DNA of 64,000 nucleotides from the NCBI RefSeq assembly GCF_032062105.1, contig NW_026918424.1, forward strand, positions 1-64,000, given 5' to 3'. Positions 1 to 13,700 of this stretch are shown piece after piece. The notes below the pieces were generated by a model. It searched no databases. It saw only the letters and a program-made list of their open reading frames with translations, and was not told where the DNA came from. The position numbers and the translations under genes were made by a program. This DNA comes from Saccostrea cucullata. Its lineage: Eukaryota. Each line of letters starts with the position of its first letter. Position 1 is the stretch's first letter.

Positions 1-1061
1 AATGTAGCGCAGACGTGCTTGCCTCTGGGCAACGCGGGCGACCGATCGTAGCACTAGAAAAAATGCCACTGAGAGTCCGTCATATCAATGATTCTAATAA
101 ATGCACCATCGAACAGAAATTGTCGACCTACCAATTCACTGTACCTTGAAAATGTTTATTTTGCAGTTTAAGAACATGACATGCCTCATCGTCGCAAACC
201 ACGGTCAATATGTACGACCCTCTCTCATTCTGGAGAGAGCTACATGTATATGCGGACTCCGAACAGTGGCTTGAGACGTTAGACATGCTTTAACACCGCG
301 ATTTTTTACAATATTTCTTTAAATTTTAACTTTTTTAGGCACACTAAAATATACTTCCTCAGACAATGGTGTATAATGTGGAATGCAGTCTAACCATTTT
401 TCCCTACAAGAGCATATTTTGCAAAAGACCAAATATTCTCAACCTATGTTGTCTTTCATATAGATACATCTATGTAAGCTGAGCTCGAAAGTCGGAACAT
501 AATGATGAGCGAGTTAAACTTTAATGTGAAAGGATACTAAGGAAGTTCTGGAAGTGTCCGTCCAGGCTACAGCAAGATATGAAGGGTTTAGCTATTCAAA
601 TTCAAATATAAACAATCGCAAGTTTCTAATTAACATTTTTTATCTCTCCAAAAAAGGTTAAAGGACATAATTTCAAAGTTGCTTCTGTGGAGACTATTCT
701 CAGTTTTCTACAATGTAAATGGTAATACATTCTTTCAGTTTTTTGTTCTTCGTGGATTAAGGCTTGTTGAACTTTTGTATTTCACAATGTTTGATATTCG
801 ATTTTTGGGCGTGAAACACTATTAAAACTTGATTTCAAAACATGTACATGTAAACGAATTAATTGATATTCAAAATTGACAGGAGGACACGTATATTACA
901 TTAAGATCAATTCCACGTTTATAATTGTGAAGGACAGTTAATGTTATTGCTTTTAATTAAAGATGTATAAGCGTCGCTGTTAAATCAGGCAACAAAGTTA
1001 CGTTTTTGAATTTAAAAGAAAGATTGTACAAATCTGTCGCCAAAGTGACATTCTGTCTAAT

Positions 1062-2565
1062 ATGAAATTAAAGTCTTCAAGTATAGTTTATCTGAAAGTT
1101 GTAGAAGGAATTATATGTTTCTTGTGGTTCATTTCTTCGAGGTGCAATGGATCCAGAACATCATATTTTAGGCTTGTACCGGAAACAAATCAGGAACCAA
1201 CAACAGGGATTTTAGAAGATTTCTGGAATTGTCCGAGTCTATTGTTGTGTAATACTCGTTGTCTCATCCACATTAATTGTAGGTCGTTTTTCTACAATCA
1301 TCTTCAGAAATAGTGTATTCTGACCGGGAATATGGACGCTCTATATAGCACTTCAACCGTCATATGGATTTTCTCATTACTTCATTGATCGTAAGTTTAT
1401 TTCAATAAAAGTAGAAGGGAGATTTTATTTTATGAACTTTTTTTTTCTAAGAAAACATTGAATTTTGCCTTTCCAGTAGAAAATGCATTTTTTTTTTACT
1501 TTTTGAGAATTGCAATTATAATATTCATAAACTATTGTTCCTAAGAAAGGTTTAGTCAATTTTCTTTTTACCAAAATTTCAACATTTCAAAAAGTTACAA
1601 ATGAGCAGTTTCAACCCCCGTCTTTGCGAAAGGTTTTCAATCAACTATCACGGTATATCATCATTCATCTCAAAAATATGTTGTGTGCTTCAAACTAAGA
1701 TTTTTTTATCTTCGATAAGAATACTAGTACTATAGTATTTATCATTATTTCGTTGAAACAATTGTTCTGATAAAGACGTCAGACATTTATTTAAAGATTC
1801 AGGATTCGGTGCCATTTTTTCCCAAATTCTTTATTAGCAAGCATGCAATAGATACTATATTGCAAGGGATCCATTAATTTCTTCTTCTGAAGAGAGCATT
1901 GGCCCCTGGTGTTACACAATGGATATAAACGTGAGATGGGAGTCAGGTGGCATCCCAGTCTGTTGTTAGTACTAAGATAATCTTTCATCTTTCTGAACGT
2001 TTTTAAAGACAGAAAATAACAGTCGACAATACAGCTCATTTTAATCATGAAAATCAATGTCCTAACTCCTAAAATCTCTTGAAACTTTGAGAGAGAAAAT
2101 CTGAGAAATGTTTTGATATCAAATTTTCTATTTTTGAACTGGAATTTTTTTCAATTAGAAATACCGTACCTTCAAAAAACCCCTCTGTTGTAAGAGCAAA
2201 ATATCAAGGATATACATCATGAGAACAGACTAGTTCTTGTGATCGAAGAACTGCGTATTAATATGTACTGGTAATAAATAATAAATGTTCATATATTCGT
2301 AAAAATGAAGACATGTTTTATTTTTTCAGACGATTTTACCCAAAACTGCAAAACAACACCCAAAGGAACTGATTACTATGGGAAAGCTAACACGACCAGT
2401 AAAGGAAATCCGTGCAACTATTGGTCAGACACATCCTATGGAACCAATGCCCACACATATCTTGATGATCAATTAAACTATTGTAGAAACCCTTTTGGGG
2501 AATTAGACTCCCCTTGGTGTTTTTCAGGGGCAAGTTGGGATTACTGCAGCGTACCATTTTGCTGA
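1062..2565 (+). pseudogene. Secreted PAN/apple-kringle (NK1-like) gene copy 1, disabled
   Basis: Exon 1 1062-1390 (signal peptide + PAN: CNTRC..CRSFFYN..CIL; donor C|GTAAGT). Exon 2 2330-2565 (acceptor TTTTTTCAG; 6-Cys kringle, NYCRNPF..PWC..WDYCSVPFC*); phase 1. In-frame TAG at 1311-1313 where copy 2 has AGG (Arg). A 4-nt insertion near 1340-1343 shifts the frame; removing it gives CILTGNMDAIALQPSYGFSHYFID, colinear with copy 2 CILTPAINVSTLRPSPGFLHFITT. Confidence 0.85.
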
Positions 2566-2612
2566 TAGTTACGACGTCAGAAACCAAGACAGGCCGGTGC
2601 CCTGCTATTATA

Positions 2613-4282
2613 CGAGGGACGTTCAATGAATAATGTCATTAGCTCGATTTCGTACAACATAGTAGTCATATAACATAAAGCTTGACTTTCTATCATTATT
2701 GAATCTTTATTGAATTTATAACAGTTTGGTTGACCACTTTTCATCGCATTATTTCATCGTGGGAAGCTGGAAAACAAGGGCTATTCGAGACACTGCATTA
2801 AAAATGAATGGTCAAGAATCAGTAAACTAGAGTAAAATTAAACGCTTCATTAAAGCAGCTGTAAAACTTGTTAATATCCCAAAAACATATTAACTGAAAT
2901 ATGTGAAATTTACAGCAACCAATGCCTGCTTTATAGACAGGTGAATATGTTGATTTCAATAAACAAAAATTATTTAATGGGCATCAAAAATGGGTACCGT
3001 CCTTCGCAACAATGACTTGCAACAACCGATGTAAATTTGCGAAATTTCAACAAATTATCACTGATTATGTTTTATTGACTTTAAGACACATAGCAAAATT
3101 GATAAAAATCATTTTGGGGATAGTTCATACTGTTTTAAAGAAACATTTTATAGTAAAAAGGTTAAATACTCAATGGTCACCCTATGTTTTGAAAAATGAG
3201 TGAAAACGACAGCGTGTCGGAATATCCAAACAATTATTTTTTAAGGAATTACTGTCTTATTTTTCGAATTCATGAAGTGATCAATGGATTGGCTTGTGTG
3301 ATAATTTGCATAAACGCCGAAGGCGTTTATGCATAAAATTATCACACAAGCCAATCCATTGATCATCTTCATGAATTCGAAAAATAAGACAGTTATTCCT
3401 TATATTTACATGCTTTGATTCCGCCAATCCACGGGCTCCAAGCCTGCTTCTCTCAAGGTGTTGTCCCGCCCTGCACGTGGGTTTTTTTGGAACCGCGCCA
3501 AGACATTCATGAGGAAATAAATTACATTTACAATTGGTAATTTTATCTCGGACAAAGACATTGGAAATGTAAATATAAAAAAATCAAAAGTTGTACTTAT
3601 CCATGTTTATATGAAATTCTAACAGATAATGAAACTTGAATTCATTTCACTTTAAGCCCTCAAAACAAATTTATAATAAAATGCACTTGACAAAACTGCA
3701 AAGGCCAAAGAAGAGCAAGAATTGCAAGAGCATAAAACAGTTTTATATGCTAGTTTCTTAAATATTAGCGGTCTTGTTCAAATTCATATTCGATGAGAAA
3801 GTTCAATTTCTGGAGGAGTCTAGAAAACAACTTTTTTGCAAAAAAATTGAAAGGTTTATGAGAGGAAGGAAACAGAATGAGGAATCCACTACATTAATTG
3901 TCTTCATGACGGCGTCCAAACCCACAGGCCATGAAGAGTAAAGGAGTTTTGGGGATAAACAGAAAGTTAATGTTTTGTCACACAAACAAAATTTGCCAGA
4001 TCTTTCAACCTTTGACCTGTTTCATTTCCTAAACTTAGAAAAACATCTATCAGAAAGAAAAAAAACAAGTACAGCAAATCATAGGATCTGCCATATTCCA
4101 GTATACGAAGGGTCATACTCAAAAATGTGTTCGAAAAACAATTGGAAAATGAATGAAAATGTTACGGATATGCGTTTTAATTGAAAGAGAATGTTTTAGT
4201 TTAATCACTAAGACTAAATCATAGAAAAGCGTTTTTTGTTTCTTTCCGAGCCCCAATGACATTATTTATTGAACGTCCCTCG
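2613..4282 (+). mobile_element. Decayed mariner (Tc1/mariner) transposon
   Basis: 28-bp TIR CGAGGGACGTTCAATGAATAATGTCATT / AATGACATTATTTATTGAACGTCCCTCG with TA on both sides. Broken transposase remnants resemble the mariner WVPHEL region (VHTVLKKH..RLNTQWSPYVL, ORF 3012-3203) and YSPDLAP region (LPDLSTFDLFHFLNLEKHL, ORF 3975-4184). Confidence 0.9.
3242..3578 (+). mobile_element. Hairpin-plus-tail element A, nested in the mariner
   Basis: Near-perfect palindrome 3242-3402 with CC-GAA-GG loop; 12-bp inverted repeat TTATATTTACAT (3400-3411) / ATGTAAATATAA (3567-3578). Confidence 0.75.
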
Positions 4283-5360
4283 TAAAAGTAGAACGTACAT
4301 ATTGTGGTGATACATGTACATGTGAGCGCGATAAATACATGTATGTAGAAATAAATTCAAAAGATGAAAGCCAACCAGCTAATTTTATCATTGGTGATCC
4401 TATATGGAACCCCAAAAAGTTGTATTGTGCTTGCATCTTCATCGTACAGTTTGCATGATGAATTTTGTATTATTTGTTGTTTTTGATCCATTTTGACGAG
4501 CTTTTTTAAAATAAGAATAATGAGTTGCTTTTAGTTATTTTTTATGAACAGTATATATACGTTCAGAACTGTGTGTTGTCCACCGGTGTAATATGAAATA
4601 ATTTTAATTCGGAAATCAAGGAGCAATATACGGTTTATTAGGTAAGATACATGTTTTTATTTTTCTACGCATTCAAAAAAATTTAATTAAGATATAGAAG
4701 CAGGTAATGAGCTGTGGTTAATCGCCCATCATTTTAGCGATAACCGAGTCCCCAAACACGCACTTATTTTGTCAATTTAAAGTTGAAAATGATCACTTGT
4801 CAATAAATTGTTCTGTTATTCACTTCATTATCAAATGTTGCTTGTAAAACTCAAGATACGTTGGAATGAATAGCAAACCCAGCAAGACTAAGACTAACAG
4901 TCTAAAAAGGTTAACCTTTTCATGTTGAAAATTATTGATAAACCTATCTAATTGTGGCTGCCTAGTCATAAATATTAAAGTAAAACTAACATAAACAACG
5001 TCATGGTAAGGATTTTTTCCGTTTCACCTCGTATAGTTGGAGTGTTCTTGGCTCAAACCTTTTTAGCTCACCTGAGCCGAAGTATACTTGGGCCGTTTCT
5101 TATCTTTGTTTCCCCTAACCCGACCCTAAATTCTCAAGTTGGGTTGGTATGTAAGTAAACAATTTTCTTCTGACAGCAGCTTTGAAAATACATTCGATTT
5201 AATGGAAAATTACCTTTATAATTAAGAAAAGTACAAAAGAAAGCGATTTGTGAACAAAATGCTAAGTATCATACATATACCGTTTAAAAGCAAAATTCAT
5301 GATTAATTAATTCACAACTGTTATTCAGTTGAACTTGTGAAATATCTCACGCCAGAGTAC

Positions 5361-6154
5361 TAGCTGCAATAATGTAGCCCTCTCCCTTTTTTTTTTTTTT
5401 TTTTTTGGGAGAGGGCTACAACTCCTTAGGATCTCCATAATGGTGCAGCTGCGGGAGTGATTTGCTCCCGCACGGATTTCGGCTCAAATTAACAGTAAAT
5501 GGCTATTTTATTAACATTTCTTACCTTGACTCCAAATAAGTAGTCATCCAAGACGTAAACCAATGCAAAAATATACAGAACGATCCCTATATCGCTTATT
5601 TTTCGTGTATGTCAACATCACAACTCGAATTTATCCGCCATGTTTACTGACCTTGATAGATTGTATTTTGGGACAGCCAATGAGAATTTAGGTTCTATAG
5701 GAGCGGATCTTTTTGGAATTCCCTTATTTTAAACATAAATATCGCTGCTTGCATAAAAATAACACTTAAAATGGTTTTATATACCTATGTTTTTGTGATG
5801 AAATTCAGCACATACACTTATAAACACCGATAATTGCTTTATTCAGTTGTTCTAAATTTCAAGCGAAAGTCTCATTACGTCACGCGTGGACTGTCATGGC
5901 TGCTGAAGTAAACTACCTGGAAACATGCAGAGTTATTTTACAAGTTTTTCGCATTTAACGGGGTCTACTGTTGACAGTGAATAAAAAATTCGTCTTATTA
6001 GAAGTAAGTTGAATGTAAAAATAATTTATTTTGCCTGCAGTCCCTCCTATTAAAAAAAAATATTTGCACCATTACGGAGATGCGATGGAATTGTAGCCCT
6101 CTCCAGAAAACATCAGATTAAAAAAAATCGGAGAGGGCTACATTATTGCAGCTA
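5361..6154. mobile_element. MITE with 10-bp TSD and hairpin-forming termini
   Basis: 25-bp TIR TAGCTGCAATAATGTAGCCCTCTCC / GGAGAGGGCTACATTATTGCAGCTA; direct repeat GCCAGAGTAC at 5351-5360 and 6155-6164; each end has its own internal inverted copy of TGTAGCCCTCTCC. Confidence 0.85.
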
Positions 6155-7489
6155 GCCAGAGTACATTTATATAAATCGAATAAAAAAGACAAGATTCTCC
6201 ATAAAAACTATGTCCAGTGTCACAGAAGATGCTGACTCAAAAAAGATCCCCCACTGCTTAAAAAAGTGCCGCTGAGTACGTTTAAAAATTTGGAGCAACG
6301 GGGAAATGTTCAAATGTCGTTCCAACAAATCTCGAAGGGGTTAAAAACAAGGGAACAACCAATAATCAAGGGCCTAATTAAAGAAAAATACACTGGACGT
6401 CTCAGGAAGCTGATTTCAAAACTATTTGGAAAGAGTATGTAAACAATATTTAATTGAACCGAACCGAATTTACAAATGATAAAAATGCTATATACAATTT
6501 CAGAGTCACGAAGTTTAACACATAAATAAAGGCATGAAGAAAAGACATCTGAATTATATTTATCAGGATGAATATGCAGACATATTTACAACAACTCCTA
6601 TGGTTCCATAATGACATCCATTATGAGGTCAAAACTCAAATTAAATAAAATGCAGTGAAATTGAATGATGTGTTCACTAGGTGGGCCCCTCATCTGCTCA
6701 TGAGGCGGACCTTACCATGTATTACATACCTTAAATTCAACACATAGGTTTGTTTGTTTGTATTCAACACATAGGTTTGTTTGATTTCACATTTGACAAC
6801 CTAAATTGATTTTTTTTTTTTGTTGATTTAGCCCCCCTTTTCAATTTATAAACAATAAATTTTGAAGTCTTTTACTTATTTACAAACTTCAAGATAAAAA
6901 TTTTATTATGCAAGCGTCACAATTAAAACTGCGTGAGATAATAGAGGAAAAGGTTTTATAAAAACTAACAGAAAGAACAATGCTCTTTCGCAGAGAATTC
7001 GACAATTGACAAACAAAATTGAATCCATGCTACTTTGAGATATTTGCATATGAGAATTAATATTTTAGCACTGTGTTCGTAATACACGTACAAACATATA
7101 ACTGCCACTGTCAACTGTAGACTGCCATCTCCACATGTTGACTACCACTGCTCACAGATAAAAGATATACACGTTTTTTCACATACTACATTATGTTCTT
7201 TATGAATACATATTATCTTTTTAAGAACACACAGAGCAAACGCAGAACGATCTACCCCAGAATGAAATCTTATAATAAAAAATAAAACATTATATTAATT
7301 TTTAGCACATAGCTGATTTGATATAATGCAGTAAACATAACACATTTGAAAATGTAAATAATTGATTTATTCCATAATTTATCAAAATATTGAGTCAATG
7401 ACACTTTAATAATAATGAAAATCATTTTTATCGGAAAGAGAGAAAAGATCTGTAGTAAATGTCAAGTAAATGAAAAGATGATCTTGATG

Positions 7490-7788
7490 CCAAAATGTGA
7501 CTTAAACGCCACTATCTAATAATAACTAGTTAACTACAAAAGTGAGATGAGAAATGTGACTAAAACGCCACTATCAAATAATAACAAAAAAGTGATTAAA
7601 AAAGTGACTAAAACGCCACTATCAAATAATAAAAAAAAGTGATTAAAAATGTGACTAAAACGCCACTATCAAATAATAACAAAAAAGTGATTAAAAAAGT
7701 GACTAAAACGCCACTATCAAATAATAAAAAAAAAGTGATTAAAAATGTGACTAAAACACCACTATCAAATAATAACAAAAAAGTGATT
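7490..7788. repeat. Minisatellite, about 48-bp unit, about 6 copies
   Basis: GTGACTAAAACGCCACTATCAAATAATAACAAAAAAGTGATTAAAAA recurs at 7556, 7604, 7651, 7699 and 7747. Confidence 0.9.
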
Positions 7789-9334
7789 ATGATGTTGGTG
7801 ATGAAAAAGTCACTTCTAAAGTAATGGAGTTGTAGTTTATGTATCAATCAGTGCTGTGGCTTGAACTTTCACTAACAGTGTTTTAGCTACAGTCAATCAG
7901 ATGTCCCAAGGCTGCCGTAACACAGAGATCTCCTGATTTCAGTTAACGTCCTGAAACTTGGCCATGAAAAAGTCATCAGGGTCACGCTGACCAAAGAATT
8001 TCCTTAACCGTGTCCCCATTCTCTCAAACAAGCCTGATCTTCTGAATTGGAATGTTTGGTCTAACTGCTGTGTCTTGGCGGGTCCATAGCTGTTCTTGGC
8101 CAAGAAATCTTTGGTTTTAATCAGTTGCCTTTGAAATCGTTTTATCTGTAATAAGAAAAATCAAATTGAAAACATTTTGCAAAAAGTGATTAAAAATCTT
8201 TTTAAGCTGATCGACAAACACGGTACATGAAGACAAGTACGTAATGCCAAAGCAGGATGCTTCTGGAATATATAGTTCGTATTTACTTACATTGAAAATG
8301 ACCTCCTCGCTGTCTTTTAAAATTCGGAGGTATTTTTCAGCTGCTTTGTCTTTACCTAATGAAACAAAAAGTCTTGATAATTGCAAATCAGATAAATAAT
8401 TTTCCAAAATAGGAATAATTTGAGAAGTTTAGCTTTCCATGCTCAAAGAGCAATTTATTTTAAGATATGCTAAAAACGCCAACAGATTCAGCAAAAAAAG
8501 AATTTAAATATATTTTAAGCCATAAACTATTACTTAGAAAGAAAAACTGGAATTCTGGCGATTTTAAAGAACTCTACATTAACTCAAAAGTCCTCTAACA
8601 CTTTGGTCCAAACCAGAAAGAAACCATAACTTAGTTTTAAAAGACATAACTGACAAAACAACTTACCACTTTTGGTTAAATATAGAATATGCTGTGTCCA
8701 CATTCTTTGAAGTGTATGTAAATCTGTCTCTGTAATCATATTCTTTTTCAAAGCTTCCATGAACAGATAGGCAAATACTACGTACTTCTTCTGTTCTTCT
8801 GATAAATAAAAAGACATTTTTTAATAATAATTGTGATACAATCAACTTTATCAATTAGAAGAAAAAAGAAAATGTTAAATGTTGTACCGGCAATGTCTTT
8901 CCTGTTTGAAAATGAAAATCCACCATCTTTACTCGCAGTTTCTTGTCCGTACAGGAAAATTAAAATTTCTAGAATGTGCTGTCTCTGGAATAATGAAAAA
9001 TGATAATAGGTAATAGATATTCAGGTATTTGCTTATAAATTTCATTACATGTAACTTCAATTTACGTTGTATGTATGCTGTAAATTAGTTTATGAAGCTA
9101 TTTCTTAAGGTTTGTTCAAAACTACACAACAATCAGATAATAAAAAAGATGCTTACAACTGGGGTCATGGTCCGTGTGTTTGTCCTTGATAAATACTGAA
9201 GCAGGCTTGTCCTAAGACGCTGTTCCATAGATTTACTTCCCAATTTCTCCATTATAGCAAACAAAATAGGTATCACAGATTTACAACGTGTGTTATTTTC
9301 TTGCTGTACGACGAAGAGTGGTTCGCAACCATTA

Positions 9335-9568
9335 TGACGTCATTGTACTATGATGTGTTTTCATTGTGACGTCATTATTGCAAGTAAAATTGAATACGGT
9401 CTTTGATACGGAAAAATGTAAAATGTATGATTCAAGCAGATTTTTCGCCGAAACATATTGACGTCGTCCAGACTTTTGAAAACAGTACATGTATGAATAA
9501 ATACCAATTGCAAGAAAAAGTATTACAATTATAACGATAATTTCCGAGTATATTATTGCCTGACGTCA
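9335..9568. promoter_or_regulatory. Cluster of three perfect CRE palindromes (TGACGTCA)
   Basis: TGACGTCA at 9335, 9367 and 9561, plus TGACGTCG at 9459; function not shown. Confidence 0.4.
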
Positions 9569-10702
9569 CGGCGTCAGGCACTACTAAGGATCGATATTTC
9601 CTAGGTGCGAAAAACTAGAATATAAAACCATAACGCTACAGATCTACAGCTAGCCTCCCCATTTCAATTTGCTTCCGACGCCTATGTGAGAGATGTTGGC
9701 ATTGAAAAAAATTGGCCTCTATTACCCCCATGCACGAAATAGGATGGGCAATTTTTCTTTTTTTTTCAACTTTTTAAGGTATTAAAAGTCAAAATAATTT
9801 TTTCTCTCCCCCCCCTTTCAAAAACGATGCTACGTGGCTGAGGTGAGCAATGTGGCCTAAGGGTCTGTTAAAATCGATTTTAAAACGTATCTATAGATAC
9901 ATATATCTACCTTTTAAAAGAGAACAGACTTGTCTTATTGGACTTCTTGATCAAAATCATTTGAAAAAAATTGTAAATTGACAAATTTGTTTTTTTTTTT
10001 TCTAATCTTAACATTCGGTTGATAAAAAGAATTCAACATGAATGTATTTTTTATAACAGTTTAAACACTAACACAATTGATTTAATTTGATTTATATTTG
10101 CATTTTAATTGTCTATTTGCTAAAAAAAATTATCATCTGTTTTGCCACACTCATTTTTTGCTGTATACTGTGACAGGTTTTAGAAGCAGCCTTCTCAGTT
10201 TGTATCTGAAGCCCTCAAAATGCTTGAATTATTTATTTTAGAGTTAATCTTTCATTCATTACATTATTAATATTGCAGTATTGATGTCAGTTAAACATTC
10301 TTTTGCTGAATAGTTTTTGACAAACTATTTATATATTCAATTCTCTATGGTGCTTTCAAAAAGTCAAGGAATCCTTTAAAAAATAACACCATAAAGACTT
10401 TTATTTGAAATTTTCCAACAAGCAGCATTATTTATCAAATCGCCGGCTCATATTTAAAATAGGGAGATAGAATCTGTATCATAAATAGGTTCGCTGCTTA
10501 TACTGTCAAGATGATCTCTATTCTCTCCTGTAAATGTACACAGTCTTGGGAGTTTCGGGACTGGATTGAACATTTGTTCATTAAGAAATTAAATTGATGA
10601 CCTTCGTTGATTAAACTACCACATTAAGGATATTAATTGGATTTTTGCTTCCAGTACCTGTGTGGTGAACATTTAAACCCGTGCATGTAGAAAATCGAAA
10701 AG

Positions 10703-13700
10703 ATGGCTATTAATTCCAGCTATTTACGACCAGCCTTTATCTTTCAGTGTATGTGGTTGACACTTTTCGTAAGGACACAAAACGGGAATTTCCGTTCCTC
10801 ATTTTATAGTCGTGTACTGGAAGCAAACAATCTCGAACCGTCTAGTAACATTTTGGCAGACCATCATGCCTGTGACAGTTTGTCCGACTGCGCATCTATT
10901 TGTCTGAATAACATTCTTTGTCGTTCATTTTTCTACAATCCTGTACAAGAAAGGTGTATTCTGACTCCTGCGATCAATGTTTCTACACTACGACCTTCGC
11001 CGGGATTTTTACATTTCATCACCACTGGTGAGTACCTTTAAGGGACTCCGACCCTCAGCCAGGAAGGACAACTCTTTAATTTATAATTTAATTCAAAAAG
11101 TCTTTAAATGAAGCTTGAAATCTTTTAAATTTTTTCATGCAACAATTTTCATTATATGCCTCTCAATGTGTTTCGAGGTTCTTTGCAAAGCTCCATAAAT
11201 TACTTCTAATATCATATCATGTTAATAAATAGAGGATATCTATATTGTGTGATTTGATATTGGCTTTATCCAGCGAGTTGAAATGGTGTATATATTCGCG
11301 AGGCTTGCCGAGCGAATATACACCATTTCAACGAGTTGGATAAAGCCAATATCAAATCACACAATTATAGATGTTCTATTTATCTCATACGACTTTCGTT
11401 TTAACAAAACTTTGAGACTTCCCCTGCGAAACTACATGAATGACTGCCAAAATCAAATTGATGACGTATAACTTGATGACGTAGCACCGTTGATGTTTAC
11501 ATGCGTCGAGAGAAAGTAGATCGAGTTCAAAATTTAGAATATTTGCTATCTGTGTCTTTGGAAACATCATGTGAAAATTGCTGGAGCTTTACATCAAACG
11601 AACTTCTGACTGAAAGTTGTTAGGACTATGGGGATCGTGAAAATCAACTCTTTTTACGATGGCAGTACAAATCGTGCTAGGCAAGGCTAGGGGCCTAGAC
11701 TTTGTCTAGATTGTTTGCTGATCCATGGTAAGTTACACCTACATTACTAGGTAGTATAATATAAGAAAGCATTGCTAAAGATGTCAAAGGAGTCTTATAA
11801 CAACAACTTAACTGGTACATGTAGGCTTTACTTTCTCCGAAAACGATCTAAGGGGGGGGGGGGGGGGTAACATCTGTCTTCAAATAGCCAACGGGTTCCT
11901 TGATAAAATAAGACACTTCTTTGACATCTTGCTTTTAACGATATTGCTACCCTTTATCATTAATTTTATAAGGGCAACAATTTTCACAAATAAAAATTTC
12001 AATGAAATAAAATCTTGAAGCGAGGGTTCGTGTCAAAACCGGAAGTGCTATTGATAAAGCATCTACCCGTTGATAAAGCATAAGTTTATCCAACGGCCTG
12101 TATCACCAACACGTATGAGATAAACATTGGTATCTAAAAATGCTTTTTAGGGATAAAAATTTCTACTTTTAATTAGACCTTTCTGAGAAGTTTAAAGAAC
12201 GTTGAAGCACATTGAGAGGCATATAATGAAAATTGTTGCATGAAAAGATTTAATTTTCAAGCTTCATTTAAAGACTTTTTGAATTAAATTATGAATTAAA
12301 GAGTTGTCCTTCCTGGCTGAGGGTCGGAGTCCCTTAACTATGATTCTATACTTATATCTAAAGCTAAAAAAAAATCACGTATGTCTAACAGTTTGCCAAC
12401 TCGAATTAACAACTACAGTTCTAACTTAACCAAAATGAATATCTATTTCATCGTTTATTCTCGTGGTATCGTAACTCTTTGTGATTTATTCCTTCAAAGG
12501 TACAAAATCTTTACGTTTATATTATGTACAATATTATTATCAGGACATGAAAAGTTAGCAAGTATAAAACTAAATATCCATTTTTTCGTACTTTGATAAT
12601 GATTTATTTTCCTTTTCGGTAATTGAGCAATAAGTGCAACTCATATTTATGGCACGCCAAATTCACAAAAATGAGCTAAACATAGTTTCACAGTTGATAA
12701 ACTAGGTTTATCGACTGTAAACTATAGTTTACAAACCGTGAACTATAGTTAACAATTTGTTAACTATATTTTTCATCTGTAAAACTATATTTCACGGTTA
12801 AGTATAGTTTACGAATGCTTATCTAAGTTAATCTGTCTGTAATAAAACGTTAACAATAGATTTTGTTGATAAACATAGATTCACGTCTGTAAACTATCAT
12901 TTACAATCGTGAACTATAGTTTAGGAGTTGTTAATCATAGTTTCACAAATCGTGAAACTATATTTATCAGATCGTTAACTATAGTTAAGAGTTGTAAACC
13001 ATAGTTAACAAATCGTGAAACCGTATTTATCAGATAATCTATGTTTTGCAATCGCAAATGATTGTTTTTAGTATTAAGTATAGTTAACGGTTCTGAAACA
13101 TAGATTATCGCGTTAAGTATGGTTTACAGATGTAAGATATAGATTAACGTTGTTAACTATAGTTTACAGTCCGAAAACTATAGTTTACAACCGATAAACA
13201 TAGTTTATCGACTGTGAAACCATATTTAGCTCAATTTTTTAAAGAACGTGGGCGCTTTTGATTGGCATTCGGCAGGAATCTGGGCGTAATTGAAAAGTGA
13301 AAATTTTATCGACATGTCACATGAAATTTTAACATTTTTTTAATTTATCAGGAAAATATTTTCCCGAAATTGAGCTTTTATTTGTAAAAAAATAACTTAA
13401 AAATTGGCCAGATCAGACATTTGGTACAAAATGGTACATTTTTAAACACGTTTTTCTAAAATTTTTCTATCTCTGGGTCTTCTCTCCATGATTTTTAAAC
13501 GTTATTTGTGTGTATTTTAATTCAAAGAAACGAATGCACATTTTTAAAAAATGGAGAGAAGACCCGGAGACCACGAAAAATGAACTTTTCCCAAAAAAAA
13601 TCCAACTTTGTGAATGTGGTGCTTCTTTGTCCTTTTAAAATCAATTATTCACATGAAGCGGTGATAGCTCTGTAAGTTGGGCTACCTGTTCAGTGCACTC

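Larger units (their letters stand above)
5060..9869 (-). mobile_element. Separated termini of a HINE/pearl-type element with about 4.7 kb of other sequence between them
   Basis: TTTTTAGCTCACCTGAGCCGAAG at 5060 and CTGAGGTGAGCAATGTGGCCTAAGGGTCTGTT at 9838 match the two ends of the element at 61773-62758. Confidence 0.45.

Noticed and set aside
1311-1313. Stop-codon readthrough rescuing copy 1
   Set aside because: A frameshift follows within 30 nt, so readthrough would not restore the product.
7608-7847. Repetitive ORFs on both strands
   Set aside because: Products of the 48-bp minisatellite.
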